A stretch of 63,210 bases of DNA from an uncultured Curvibacter sp. (lineage in GTDB: Bacteria > Pseudomonadota > Gammaproteobacteria > Burkholderiales > Burkholderiaceae_C), in assembly GCA_903902035.1 (NCBI GenBank), contig CAIUTG010000005.1, forward strand, positions 1-63,210, in the 5' to 3' direction. Both the position numbers and the translations under genes were made by a program. Below, one piece after another: positions 42,518 through 52,296 of the stretch. The notes below the pieces were generated by a model. It was given only the letters and a program-made list of their open reading frames with translations, was not told the DNA's origin and did not search any database. Each line of letters opens with the position of its first letter. Within the stretch, counting starts at the first letter, position 1.

Positions 42518-43675
42518 ATGTCTCGTCCGATACACGCCACCGTTCACACCGCCGCCCTGATCCACAACCTGCAGCGACTGCGTCTGGCGGCGGGGGACGC
42601 CAAGTTGTGGGCGGTGGTCAAAGCCAATGCCTATGGTCATGGGCTGGAGCGCGTTTACGAAGGACTGCGTGGGGCCGACGGCTTTGCTTTGCTGGACTTG
42701 AACGAGGCCCAGCGCTTGCGCAACCTGGGTTGGCGGGGCCCGATCTTGTTGCTCGAAGGGGCGTTCGAGCCGCGTGACCTGGAGTTGTGCTCGCGCCTGG
42801 ACCTTTGGCATGTGGTGCACTGTGACGAGCAAATTGATTGGCTCTCGGCCCATAAAACCCAGGTGCCGCACCGGGTGTTCTTGAAGGTCAATTCGGGCAT
42901 GAACCGCTTGGGCTTTGCCCCGCACCGGGTGCGCTCGGCCTGGACCCGTTTGAACGCCTTGCCTCAGGTCGATGAAATTTCCTTGATGACCCATTTCAGT
43001 GAAGCCGAGCAAGCCCAAGGCATGGCGCCTCAGGTGGCCTGTTTTGTGGCGGCCACCGCCGATCTGCCGGGCGAGCGTAGCCTGTCCAACAGCGCGGCCT
43101 TGTTGAGCGTGGAGGGCCACCCCCATGCCGCCAGCCTTAAAAACGACTGGGTGCGCGCGGGCATTGCCTTGTATGGCAGCTCGCCCGATTACCCGGCCCA
43201 CAGCAGCACCGATTGGGGGCTGCAACCCGCCATGACCCTGTCCACCAAGCTCTTGGCCGTGCAAGCCTTGCAAGCCGGTGACCGGCTGGGCTATGGGGGG
43301 GTCTTCACGGCGCCCGGCCCCCTGCGTGTTGGCATTGCCGCTTGTGGCTATGCCGATGGCTACCCGCGCCACGCGCCCACCGGTACCCCGGTGCTGGTGC
43401 AAGGCGTGCGCACCCGCTTGTTGGGCCGCGTCAGCATGGACATGGTGGCGGTGGATTTAAGCCCTTTGGAGGCGGCGGGCCTGGTGTTGGGCAGCGGCTT
43501 TGGTTTTGGCAGCGAGGTCACGCTGTGGGGGCTGGCCGCCAAGGGTGCGGTTTTACCGATTGACGAGGTGGCCCATGCCGCCGGCACCGTTGGCTATGAA
43601 CTCATGTGTGGCGTGGCGTCTCGGGTGACTTTTGAGCAAAGCGCAGACGGGTCAAACCCAACAAAGCGTCGGTAA
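42518..43675 (+). CDS. alr: Alanine racemase
   Basis: PLP-lysine motif VVKANAYGHG, SGMNRLG, GYADGYPR, GRVSMDM. Confidence 0.95.
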   Translation: MSRPIHATVHTAALIHNLQRLRLAAGDAKLWAVVKANAYGHGLERVYEGLRGADGFALLDLNEAQRLRNLGWRGPILLLEGAFEPRDLELCSRLDLWHVVHCDEQIDWLSAHKTQVPHRVFLKVNSGMNRLGFAPHRVRSAWTRLNALPQVDEISLMTHFSEAEQAQGMAPQVACFVAATADLPGERSLSNSAALLSVEGHPHAASLKNDWVRAGIALYGSSPDYPAHSSTDWGLQPAMTLSTKLLAVQALQAGDRLGYGGVFTAPGPLRVGIAACGYADGYPRHAPTGTPVLVQGVRTRLLGRVSMDMVAVDLSPLEAAGLVLGSGFGFGSEVTLWGLAAKGAVLPIDEVAHAAGTVGYELMCGVASRVTFEQSADGSNPTKRR

Positions 43676-44591
43676 ACGGGGTGGGTATTTGGGTGAGGCG
43701 GCCAATCTCTTGCACCGCAGTCACCAAGGCATCCAGTTCAATCGGCCGACCGGCCTCCACATCTTGCAGCATGGAGGTTTTGAAGCGGCCCAGTTTTTCG
43801 GTGACCTGATGCCGGTCCTCTGGCGACTGCTCAAACTGCAAGCCCAGGCGCTCGCCAATGGCCTTGGCTTCCAGCATGACGCTGGACATGAAATCGCGCA
43901 CCAAGGGGTCGCCCAGAATCAAATCGCTGCTGGCGCCGGTCAAGGCGCTGATGGGGTTCATGGTGAGGTTGCCCCAGAGCTTGTACCAAGTGTCAAACTG
44001 AATTTGCGCCGAGGCCCGAGCCGCAAAACCAGCCTGTTGAAAGACCGCCACCCATTGCGTTAAACGCGCGGAATGACCACCGCCGGGCTCGCCCAGGATC
44101 AGCCCCTGGCCAAAATTCAGCCGAACATGGCCCGGCGATGCGCTCGAACTGCTGCCATGCACCACACAGCCCAGCACCCGTTCAGCCGGAATGGCTTGGG
44201 CAATGCGTCCCTGTGGGTCTACCGATGGCAGGTGGGTGCCCGCCAACGGACCGCCAAAACCTTGGAAAAACCACCAGGGCACGCCATTCATGGCGCTCAT
44301 GACCACGGTGTCGCGGGCCATCAAGGGGCTCAGCTCGGGCGCAACGGCGGGCAGTGACTGCGCCTTGAGGGCGATCACCACCAAATCTTGCGGGCCCAGC
44401 TCGGCGGCCTGCTGGCTGGCCCGAATGGGCCAGGTGCTGGTTTGATCCCCCACGCTGAAGCGCAGCCCCTGGGTTTGCAAGGCCTGCAAGGTTTGACCCC
44501 GTGCCAGACCGCTGACCTCGTGACCTGCTGCGGCCAAACCCGCGGCCAGCCACCCGCCAATGGCGCCCATGCCGACAATGCCAATTTTCAT
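43602..44591 (-). CDS. Ketopantoate reductase (PanE/ApbA) family oxidoreductase
   Basis: GMGAIGG, WYKLWGN..NPISAL, TSMLQD..GRPIELD. Confidence 0.9.
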   Translation of the reverse strand: MKIGIVGMGAIGGWLAAGLAAAGHEVSGLARGQTLQALQTQGLRFSVGDQTSTWPIRASQQAAELGPQDLVVIALKAQSLPAVAPELSPLMARDTVVMSAMNGVPWWFFQGFGGPLAGTHLPSVDPQGRIAQAIPAERVLGCVVHGSSSSASPGHVRLNFGQGLILGEPGGGHSARLTQWVAVFQQAGFAARASAQIQFDTWYKLWGNLTMNPISALTGASSDLILGDPLVRDFMSSVMLEAKAIGERLGLQFEQSPEDRHQVTEKLGRFKTSMLQDVEAGRPIELDALVTAVQEIGRLTQIPTPFTDALLGLTRLRFAQKSPETPRHT

Positions 44592-44656
44592 GGTGCTTCC
44601 TTTGTTTGAGCGGAAATCTTAAATCGGGCGCGGATCGCCTTGGCTATAGTCTGCGC

Positions 44657-46048
44657 ATGTCCAGAGAAAAAACCATTTTTACCTGCACTGAATGTGGTGG
44701 CACCAGTCCCAAATGGCTGGGCAAATGCCCCCATTGCAACGCTTGGAACACCCTGATGGAGGGGTTGGTCGAAGGGGCAGGACACAGCAAAAACCGTTTG
44801 AGTCAGGCCCCGGGTGCCGCCCATGCGGGATTGGCACAAGCGACCCCGGTGACGCCGCTGTCCGAGATCGAAGCCACCGAGGTGGCGCGCACGCCAAGCG
44901 GTCTGGATGAATTGGACCGGGTCTTGGGGGGTGGCGTGGTCGAGGGCGGCGTGGTTTTGATTGGCGGTGACCCTGGCATTGGCAAATCCACGTTGCTCTT
45001 GCAAGCCTTGGACGGCTTGCAGCGGCGCGGTTTGGAGACGCTCTATGTGACGGGCGAAGAAAGCGGCGCCCAGGTTGCCATGCGCGCCAAGCGATTGGGC
45101 ATTGACGCCAGTCAAGTCAAGCTGATGGCGGAAATTCAGCTTGAAAAAATCCTGGCCACCGTGCAATCGCGCCAACCGGCGGTGGCGGTGATCGACTCCA
45201 TCCAAACCCTTTACTCCGACCAACTCAGTTCGGCCCCCGGCTCGGTGGCACAGGTGCGCGAATGCGCAGCGCACCTGACGCGCATGGCCAAGGCCACCGG
45301 CATCACCGTGGTGCTGATTGGTCACGTCACCAAAGAGGGGGCCTTGGCCGGGCCACGGGTGTTGGAGCACATGGTGGACACGGTCTTGTATTTCGAGGGC
45401 GACACCCATTCCAGCTTCCGCCTGGTGCGGGCCATTAAAAACCGCTTTGGCGCGGTCAATGAAATTGGCGTCTTCGCCATGACCGAGCGCGGTTTGAAGG
45501 GCGTGGCCAACCCCAGCGCCATTTTCTTGTCCCAGCACAGCGAGCCCGTGCCGGGCAGTTGCGTCTTGGTGACGTTGGAGGGCACCCGACCCCTGTTGGT
45601 TGAAATCCAGGCCTTGGTGGACAGCGGTGGCCCCAGCCCACGCCGTTTGAGTGTTGGCTTGGAGCGCGACCGCTTGGCCATGCTGCTGGCGGTGCTGCAC
45701 CGGCACGCGGGCGTGGCGTGCATGGACCAAGATGTTTTTGTGAACGCGGTCGGGGGGGTGCGCATCAGCGAGCCGGCCGCCGATTTGGCGGTGTTGCTGG
45801 CCATCACCTCGTCTTTGCGTGGCAAACCCCTGCCCCAGGGTTTTTTGGCCTTTGGTGAGGTGGGTCTGGCGGGCGAGGTGCGCCCGGCCCCGCGCGGTCA
45901 AGAGCGCTTGAAAGAAGCGGCCAAGCTCGGGTTTCGGGTGGCCTTGGTGCCCCGCGCAAACCTGCCCAAAAAACCGATTGAAGGGCTGCAGGTCCACGCG
46001 ATTGACCGGGTGGATGAGGCCATTGATTGGCTGCGACGGGAAATTTAA
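44657..46048 (+). CDS. radA: DNA repair protein RadA/Sms
   Basis: C4 zinc finger, GGDPGIGKSTLL, KNRFG. Confidence 0.97.
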   Translation: MSREKTIFTCTECGGTSPKWLGKCPHCNAWNTLMEGLVEGAGHSKNRLSQAPGAAHAGLAQATPVTPLSEIEATEVARTPSGLDELDRVLGGGVVEGGVVLIGGDPGIGKSTLLLQALDGLQRRGLETLYVTGEESGAQVAMRAKRLGIDASQVKLMAEIQLEKILATVQSRQPAVAVIDSIQTLYSDQLSSAPGSVAQVRECAAHLTRMAKATGITVVLIGHVTKEGALAGPRVLEHMVDTVLYFEGDTHSSFRLVRAIKNRFGAVNEIGVFAMTERGLKGVANPSAIFLSQHSEPVPGSCVLVTLEGTRPLLVEIQALVDSGGPSPRRLSVGLERDRLAMLLAVLHRHAGVACMDQDVFVNAVGGVRISEPAADLAVLLAITSSLRGKPLPQGFLAFGEVGLAGEVRPAPRGQERLKEAAKLGFRVALVPRANLPKKPIEGLQVHAIDRVDEAIDWLRREI

Positions 46049-46141
46049 AGCCGACCCACCCAGCGCGCCTTAAAATGCCCCATTCTTCATTTGGGCCGCA
46101 TTTCATTTCGACCCAAGCCCAAGCTAAAAGGAAACACGCGC

Positions 46142-47077
46142 ATGAGCACCCTACCCGCACTGGACGACCGCGATGGCAAGATTTGGATGGACGGCCAAAT
46201 GGTCGAATGGCGGGACGCCAAAATCCATGTGTTGACCCACACCCTGCACTATGGCTGCGGGGTTTTTGAGGGCGTGCGTGCCTACAACACCGTCAACGGC
46301 ACGGCCATTTTCCGCCTGCAAGACCACACCGAGCGCTTGTTCAACAGCGCCAAAATCTTGCGCATGAAACTGCCCTTCACCCAAGAAGAGGCCAACCAGG
46401 CGCAAATCGACGTGGTGCGCGCCAACCAACTCGAAAGCTGCTACCTGCGCCCCTTGTCCTGGATTGGCTCAGAAAAACTGGGCGTTTCGCCCAAGGGCAA
46501 CAAAATCCATTTGATGGTCGCGGCCTGGGCCTGGGGCGCCTACTTGGGCGAAGAAGGCCTGAAACGCGGCATTCGCGTCAAAACCTCGAGCTACACCCGC
46601 CACCACGTCAACATCACCATGACCCAGGCCAAGGCGGTCAGCAACTACAGCAACTCCATTTTGGCCAACATGGAAGCCACCGAAGATGGCTACGACGAGG
46701 CCTTGCTGTTGGACGCCAGCGGCTTTGTTTCCGAAGGCGCGGGCGAAAACATCTTCATCGTCAAGAACGGCGTGATCTACACCCCGGACTTGTCGGCAGG
46801 GGCTTTGAACGGCATCACCCGCAACACCATTTTTGCGATTGCCGCCGATTTGGGCCTGGAAATTGTGCAAAAGCGCATCACCCGCGACGAGGTTTACATC
46901 GCCGATGAGGCCTTCTTCACCGGCACTGCCGCAGAAGTGACGCCCATCCGCGAGTTGGACCGGATTGAAATCGGCATCGGCTCACGCGGCCCCATCACCG
47001 AAAAAATCCAGAGCGCCTTCTTTGACATCGTCAACGGCCGCAACCCCCGTTATGCCCATTGGCTGACCAAGGTTTAA
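46142..47077 (+). CDS. ilvE: Branched-chain amino acid aminotransferase
   Basis: LHYGCGVFEG, SEGAGENIF, LNGITR, FTGTAAEVTPI. Confidence 0.96.
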   Translation: MSTLPALDDRDGKIWMDGQMVEWRDAKIHVLTHTLHYGCGVFEGVRAYNTVNGTAIFRLQDHTERLFNSAKILRMKLPFTQEEANQAQIDVVRANQLESCYLRPLSWIGSEKLGVSPKGNKIHLMVAAWAWGAYLGEEGLKRGIRVKTSSYTRHHVNITMTQAKAVSNYSNSILANMEATEDGYDEALLLDASGFVSEGAGENIFIVKNGVIYTPDLSAGALNGITRNTIFAIAADLGLEIVQKRITRDEVYIADEAFFTGTAAEVTPIRELDRIEIGIGSRGPITEKIQSAFFDIVNGRNPRYAHWLTKV

Positions 47078-47104
47078 AACCGGTTTCATTTATTTGAGGT
47101 TCTC

Positions 47105-47323
47105 ATGAGCAGCGCAAAACCCACCCAAACCGTTGAATTGTTGGCCGCAGATTTGAACCCCCAAGGCGGGGTTTTCTGCCCCAGCCCCAAGGCACAAATG
47201 CAGCTTTGGAATAGCCACCCCAAGGTGTATTTGGACGTGGCCCACACGGGCAGCGCCCAGTGCCCTTATTGCGGTACCCGTTACCAGCTCAAGGCGGGTG
47301 AGGTGGTGGCCCACGGTCACTGA
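47105..47323 (+). CDS. zf-CHCC zinc-finger protein
   Basis: C...HPKVYL...CPYCG. Confidence 0.88.
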   Translation: MSSAKPTQTVELLAADLNPQGGVFCPSPKAQMQLWNSHPKVYLDVAHTGSAQCPYCGTRYQLKAGEVVAHGH

Positions 47324-47346
47324 GTGCGGGGTTCATCACCCAAGTA

Positions 47347-48642
47347 TCAAGGGGTGATCAGGGGCAGTTTCAAGACAAACCGGGCCCCGCCGGTTTCATT
47401 GTCTTCGCACCAAACCGCGCCGCCATGGCGTTCGGCAATGGACTTCACCAAAGCCAGTCCCAAGCCCACCCCGCCAGAGGTTTCGCTCGCACCGGGCAGG
47501 CGATAAAAAGGCTCAAAAATCTGTGCTTTGTGGTCGTCGGGCACGCCCGGCCCTTGGTCACTCACCGCCAGCAAAGCCCAAGGGCCACCCGCAGAGCCCG
47601 TCTCCACCCCGAGGGACAAGGTCAGCTCGCCTTGGCCATAGCGTTGACCGTTTTCCAGCAGGTTGCGAATGGCGCGACGCAGCAGCTTGGGGGTGCCTTG
47701 AACCAAGACCTCGGTCTGGGCTGTGCACGGCAACAAGGTGACCGGGAAATCGGCACTGATTTCTGCGGCCAGGCCCGTGAGGTCGATGATTTCGGCCGCA
47801 CCGAGTTCCGCCTCTTTCGCGTCCAGGCGGCTGGCCAGCAAGATTTCTTCAATCAGGGTGTCCAGCTCTTGCAGACTTCGTTGGGCTTCTGCTTGAAGGC
47901 CGGGACTGAGTTGTTGCTCGCCCATTGACAAAGCCATGCGTATACGGGTCAGGGGCGAGCGCAATTCGTGCGAGGCGTTGGCCAGCAGGGTTTTGTGGCT
48001 TTGCACCAGGCATTCCAGGCGTTCGGCAGCCTCGTTGAACTTTTCGGCCAAAAAAGCCACTTCATCATGACCACTCACCGGGACGCGGGCGGAAAGATGG
48101 CCTTTGCCCCAATACTCAACCCCGGCTTGCACGGCCTCCAGGCGACGCGTGAGTTTGCGCATGATGGGGTAGGTCGCCAAGGCCACGGCGATGCCGACCA
48201 TGCCCAAAATCGAAAAGAAACCAAAACCATTCATGTGCTTGTTGGGTTTGGGGCCGGGCCGAGGCAGGTGCAGGTTCAACGTTGTGCCGTCATTCATGGT
48301 GACGATGAATTCAGGGCCGTTGACCCTTTCCACCGGCGTCAGGCCCCAGCGTTTCAGGGGCTTGACGTTGACGGGCAAGCTGCCCGCGCCGGGCCCGACA
48401 CTTTCGTCGGTGGGCGCAGTGGGCAAGTGGCTGCCGTTGCGCATGAGCACGCCACTGCCGATGACGTCCCCCGCATCGTTGCGCACCACCACCTCGCGCA
48501 TCGCGGGTGGCGGCTCGGCCACCAATTGGTAAGCACCGCCCACCAGCAAAATCAGCACGGCCATGATGCCCAAAACGGCCAGCCAGATCCGCACCGAGAG
48601 CTGCCGCGTCAGGCGCTGCCAGGTACTGTGTTGGGTAGGCAT
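47347..48642 (-). CDS. Sensor histidine kinase (HAMP-HisKA-HATPase; CpxA/RstB-like)
   Basis: Two TM segments, HAMP, ASHELRSPLTR, NLLENG, DQGPGV, GVGLGL. Confidence 0.92.
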   Translation of the reverse strand: MPTQHSTWQRLTRQLSVRIWLAVLGIMAVLILLVGGAYQLVAEPPPAMREVVVRNDAGDVIGSGVLMRNGSHLPTAPTDESVGPGAGSLPVNVKPLKRWGLTPVERVNGPEFIVTMNDGTTLNLHLPRPGPKPNKHMNGFGFFSILGMVGIAVALATYPIMRKLTRRLEAVQAGVEYWGKGHLSARVPVSGHDEVAFLAEKFNEAAERLECLVQSHKTLLANASHELRSPLTRIRMALSMGEQQLSPGLQAEAQRSLQELDTLIEEILLASRLDAKEAELGAAEIIDLTGLAAEISADFPVTLLPCTAQTEVLVQGTPKLLRRAIRNLLENGQRYGQGELTLSLGVETGSAGGPWALLAVSDQGPGVPDDHKAQIFEPFYRLPGASETSGGVGLGLALVKSIAERHGGAVWCEDNETGGARFVLKLPLITP

Positions 48643-48646
48643 GGCC

Positions 48647-49378
48647 TCAGTCTTGTTGTTTGGCAAATACATAGCCCACGCCGCGCACCGTCAAAATTCG
48701 TTTGGGGTTTTTGACATCGGCTTCAATGGCTTGGCGAATGCGACCAATGTGCACATCGATCGAGCGGTCAAAGGCTTCGAGCTCGCGCCCGCGCACCGCC
48801 TCCATGATCTGGTCGCGTGAGAGTACCCGCCCGGCGCGCTCGGCCAGGGTCACCAGCAAATCAAATTGGTAGGACGTCAGGTCGCACAGCGCGCCGGACA
48901 AATGGACCTGACGCGCATCCTGGTCAATCTCCAGGGAGCCAAACTGCAGCAATTGGGCAGACTTGGCACTTTTGCCCTCACTCTGGCGGCGCAGCAGCGC
49001 CCGGATGCGGGCCAGCAACTCGCGCGGTTCAAACGGTTTGGGCAGGTAATCGTCGGCGCCCACCTCCAGGCCGATGACCCGGTCCATGGGGTCGCCCTTG
49101 GCCGACAACATCAGCACGGGCAGTTGGTTCAGGGGAGACGGCAACGCCCGCAAATGGCGGCAGATTTCCAAGCCATCCATGTCGGGCAGCATCAGGTCCA
49201 ACACCACCAAGGCGGGGATGGTGTGGCTGGTTTTCAGGTAATCCAGACCGGCCGTGCCGTGGATTTTGTGCACCACCTCGTAACCCGAGGGGGCCAGGTA
49301 GGCGGTCACCATGTCGGCCAGACGGGTGTCGTCTTCGATCATTAGCAGGGTGTGGGCAGAGGGCAGTGCGGCACTCAT
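48647..49378 (-). CDS. OmpR-family response regulator (CpxR-like)
   Basis: VLDLMLP, GADDYLPKPFEPREL, DRSIDVHI, TVRGVGY. Confidence 0.94.
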   Translation of the reverse strand: MSAALPSAHTLLMIEDDTRLADMVTAYLAPSGYEVVHKIHGTAGLDYLKTSHTIPALVVLDLMLPDMDGLEICRHLRALPSPLNQLPVLMLSAKGDPMDRVIGLEVGADDYLPKPFEPRELLARIRALLRRQSEGKSAKSAQLLQFGSLEIDQDARQVHLSGALCDLTSYQFDLLVTLAERAGRVLSRDQIMEAVRGRELEAFDRSIDVHIGRIRQAIEADVKNPKRILTVRGVGYVFAKQQD

Positions 49379-49449
49379 GGCTAGAACAGGGGGAGGTGGA
49401 ACAAGGGCCGATGATCGGACAAGTGCGTGTGGCTGGTGCAGGGGCAACC

Positions 49450-49477
49450 GTAAAGAATGGTAAATGTAAAGGGTAAA
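49450..49477. promoter_or_regulatory. CpxR-like GTAAA-N5-GTAAA box plus two extra half-sites
   Basis: GTAAA at 49450, 49460, 49466 and 49473, upstream of the response regulator. Confidence 0.6.
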
Positions 49478-49487
49478 TTTAGACGAT

Positions 49488-50852
49488 TCAATGGGGCGAT
49501 TCGGCGCGGCGCTGAAAGATTTTCAACCGCGCCGTGAAAAACACCAGCACCAGCACTGGCAGGCTCAAGGCCGCCGTGGACAAGAAAAAGGGGGCGTAGC
49601 CATGCGCATCCACAAAGCGCCCCGAAAAACCCGCCAGCCATTTGGGGGCCAACAGCATCAAGCTGCTGAACAAGGCGTACTGGGTGGCCGAGTAGCGCAC
49701 ATTGGTCAAGGACGACAAAAAGGCAATGAAGGCCGCCGAGGCAATGCCACTGGCCAGGTTGTCGGCTGACACGACCCAGATCAGGCCGTTCAGGTTGTGA
49801 CCTTGCCCTGCCAACCAGGCGAACAACAAATTGCCACCCAGGCTCAAGGCGGCACCCAGCATCAACACCCGCATCACGCCCAGGCGCAGGGCCATGGCCC
49901 CGCCCACAAAAGCCCCCGTCAAGGTCATGATGACGCCGTAGACTTTGCTCACCGTCGCCACTTCGGTCTTGGTGTAGCCCATGTCCACATAAAACGGGTT
50001 GGCCATGATGCCCATCACCACATCGCTGATGCGGTAAATGGCGATCAGGCTCAGGATCAGCACCGCCTGCCAGCGGTAGCGCTGCACGAAGTCGAGAAAG
50101 GGTTCGACCAGGGCGCTTTTCAACCACTCACCGATGGATTGGCTGCGCACCCCTTCGCGTCTGGCGGGCTCGGCGCAGGCCAACACGGTCAACAGACCGA
50201 CCCCCATCGAGGCGGCCATCACCGAGTAGGCCCATTGCCAGGCGGCATTTTGATAGGGGGATGGCGTTGCGGCGGTGCTTGCGGTGGCAACACCCAGGGC
50301 CTCGGCTTGAGCGGTCAACCACAGGCCGCCCGCGCCCGCCCAGATCATGGCCAGGCGGTAGCCGGTTTGATAACACGCGGCCAGCGCTGCCTGCCGCGTC
50401 ACGGCGGCCGACTCGATGCGAAAGGCGTCCAGCGCAATGTCCTGGGTGGCCGAGCTGAAGGCGGTGAGCATGGCGCAAGCCACCAAGGCATGCAGGTCTT
50501 CCTGGGGGTTGAAATGCCCCATGCCCAACAAGCCCACCACCACGCCCACTTGCGCCAACAGCAGCCAGCTGCGACGCCAGCCCAGCCAACGGGTCAAGCC
50601 CGGCAGGGGCAGCCGATCGACCAAGGGGGCCCACAGCCATTTCAGGCCATAGGCCAGACCGACCCAGGACAGGTAACCAATGGTGGTGCGGTCAATCCCG
50701 GCCTCGCGCAGGCGAAAGCTCAAGGTGCCCAGCACCAGCAGCAAAGGCAGGCCAGCCGAAAAGCCCAATGCGAGCATGCGCAAGCTGGCCGGCTCGGCAT
50801 AGACCTTGAAACTCCTCAACCAGCCTAGGAGCCCGGCTTGGAGGGTTGCCAT
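49488..50852 (-). CDS. ampG: Muropeptide MFS transporter AmpG
   Basis: LGFSAGLPL, KWLWAPLVD, SATQDIALDAFRIE, YSATQYALFSS. Confidence 0.92.
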   Translation of the reverse strand: MATLQAGLLGWLRSFKVYAEPASLRMLALGFSAGLPLLLVLGTLSFRLREAGIDRTTIGYLSWVGLAYGLKWLWAPLVDRLPLPGLTRWLGWRRSWLLLAQVGVVVGLLGMGHFNPQEDLHALVACAMLTAFSSATQDIALDAFRIESAAVTRQAALAACYQTGYRLAMIWAGAGGLWLTAQAEALGVATASTAATPSPYQNAAWQWAYSVMAASMGVGLLTVLACAEPARREGVRSQSIGEWLKSALVEPFLDFVQRYRWQAVLILSLIAIYRISDVVMGIMANPFYVDMGYTKTEVATVSKVYGVIMTLTGAFVGGAMALRLGVMRVLMLGAALSLGGNLLFAWLAGQGHNLNGLIWVVSADNLASGIASAAFIAFLSSLTNVRYSATQYALFSSLMLLAPKWLAGFSGRFVDAHGYAPFFLSTAALSLPVLVLVFFTARLKIFQRRAESPH

Positions 50853-50856
50853 GCGC

Positions 50857-51495
50857 TCAGGTGCCCCCGACATAGGGATTGCTGCGGCGTTCGCGGCCAA
50901 AAGTGCTCTCGGGTCCATGGCCGGGGATGAACACCGTGTCGTTGCCCATGGGCCACAGACGCTGGGTGATGCTGTCGAGCAACTGCTGGTGGTTGCCCTG
51001 AGGAAAATCGGTGCGGCCAATGCTGCCTGCAAACAGCACATCGCCGACAAAAGCGCGCTGGATTTCAGGCGAGTAAAACACCACATGCCCCGGCGTGTGG
51101 CCCGGGGTGTGGCGCACTTGCAGGGTGTGGGCGCCCAAGGTCACGCGGTCACCGTCCTGCAGCCAGCGCGTGGGCTGGAAGGTTTTTGACGGGGCGAAGC
51201 CATATTTGAGCGCCGTTTCGGGCAGCAAATCAATCCAGAACTGGTCGCCGGGGTGCGGGCCAATGATGGGCAGGTTCAAGCGCTCGGCCAACTCCGCTGT
51301 GGCCCCGGCATGGTCGATGTGGGCATGGGTGATCCAGATTTGTTCGAGCTTCAAGCCCAGGCGCTCGGCCTCGCCCAGCAACAGATCCAGATCGCCACCT
51401 GGGTCGATCACGGCGGCTTGCCCGGTTTGGTCGTCCCAAACCAGCGATGAATTTTGCTGGAAGGCGGTGACGGGGATGGTGAGGTATTGCAGCAT
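50857..51495 (-). CDS. MBL-fold hydrolase (YcbL/GloC-like)
   Basis: THAHIDHAG, HTPGHTPG, GDVLFAGSIGRTD, PGHG. Confidence 0.92.
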   Translation of the reverse strand: MLQYLTIPVTAFQQNSSLVWDDQTGQAAVIDPGGDLDLLLGEAERLGLKLEQIWITHAHIDHAGATAELAERLNLPIIGPHPGDQFWIDLLPETALKYGFAPSKTFQPTRWLQDGDRVTLGAHTLQVRHTPGHTPGHVVFYSPEIQRAFVGDVLFAGSIGRTDFPQGNHQQLLDSITQRLWPMGNDTVFIPGHGPESTFGRERRSNPYVGGT

Positions 51496-51497
51496 GA

Positions 51498-52286
51498 TCA
51501 AAGCCCCCAATCGTATTCAACCGTGATCGGCGCGTGGTCCGAGAATTTTTGGCCTTTGTAAATGGCCTCTGACTTGGCCGACAGGCCGAGCGCGGGGGTG
51601 GCCAAGTGGTAGTCCAAACGCCACCCCACATTGTTGGCATAGGCCTGACCGCGGTTGCTCCACCAGGTGTAGCAAGCGTCGGTGGTGTCGGGCTGGAGGT
51701 GGCGGTACACGTCGACCACGCCTTGCTGGAGGAGCTCGGTCATCCAGGCGCGTTCCTCGGGCAGGAAGCCGCTGTTTTTCAGGTTGCCCTTCCAGTTTTT
51801 CAGGTCCTTTTCCTGGTGCGCGATGTTCACATCGGCGCACAGGACAAATTCGCGTTGGACCTTGAGGCGCATCAAATGGGGCGCCATCTTGGCCAGAAAC
51901 CGAAACTTGGCCTGCTGGCGATCCTCGCCCGACGAACCGCTGGGGAAGTAGGCGCTGATGATGGAGCGCTTGTGCTTTGGTGTGTCAAAGCGCAGTTCAA
52001 CATAGCGGCCCTCGGCGTCAAATTCTTCGGGGTCAAAACCGATGACGACGTCGCTGGGCTCGTGCCGGGTGTAGGCGCCCACGCCCGAGTAGCCCTTTTT
52101 TTCGGCAAACTGAAAATAGCCTTTCAAGCCGGCCAGGGTTTCAAATTTGCCCGCCATGTCAGGCGCTTGGGCTTTGATTTCCTGGACGCAAATACAATCC
52201 ACAGCTTGTTCGGCCAGCCAGGCTTCAACGCCTTTGGTCGAGGCGGAGCGGATGCCGTTCAGGTTCAGGCTGGTCAGTTTAAACAA
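51498..52286 (-). CDS. xth: Exodeoxyribonuclease III family AP endonuclease
   Basis: NLNGIRSA, CVQEIK, GYSGV, CADVNIAH, GWRLDY, SDHAP; TTG 52286 assumed (ATG 52298 possible). Confidence 0.9.
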   Translation of the reverse strand: MFKLTSLNLNGIRSASTKGVEAWLAEQAVDCICVQEIKAQAPDMAGKFETLAGLKGYFQFAEKKGYSGVGAYTRHEPSDVVIGFDPEEFDAEGRYVELRFDTPKHKRSIISAYFPSGSSGEDRQQAKFRFLAKMAPHLMRLKVQREFVLCADVNIAHQEKDLKNWKGNLKNSGFLPEERAWMTELLQQGVVDVYRHLQPDTTDACYTWWSNRGQAYANNVGWRLDYHLATPALGLSAKSEAIYKGQKFSDHAPITVEYDWGL

Positions 52287-52296
52287 GGAATTCCCC

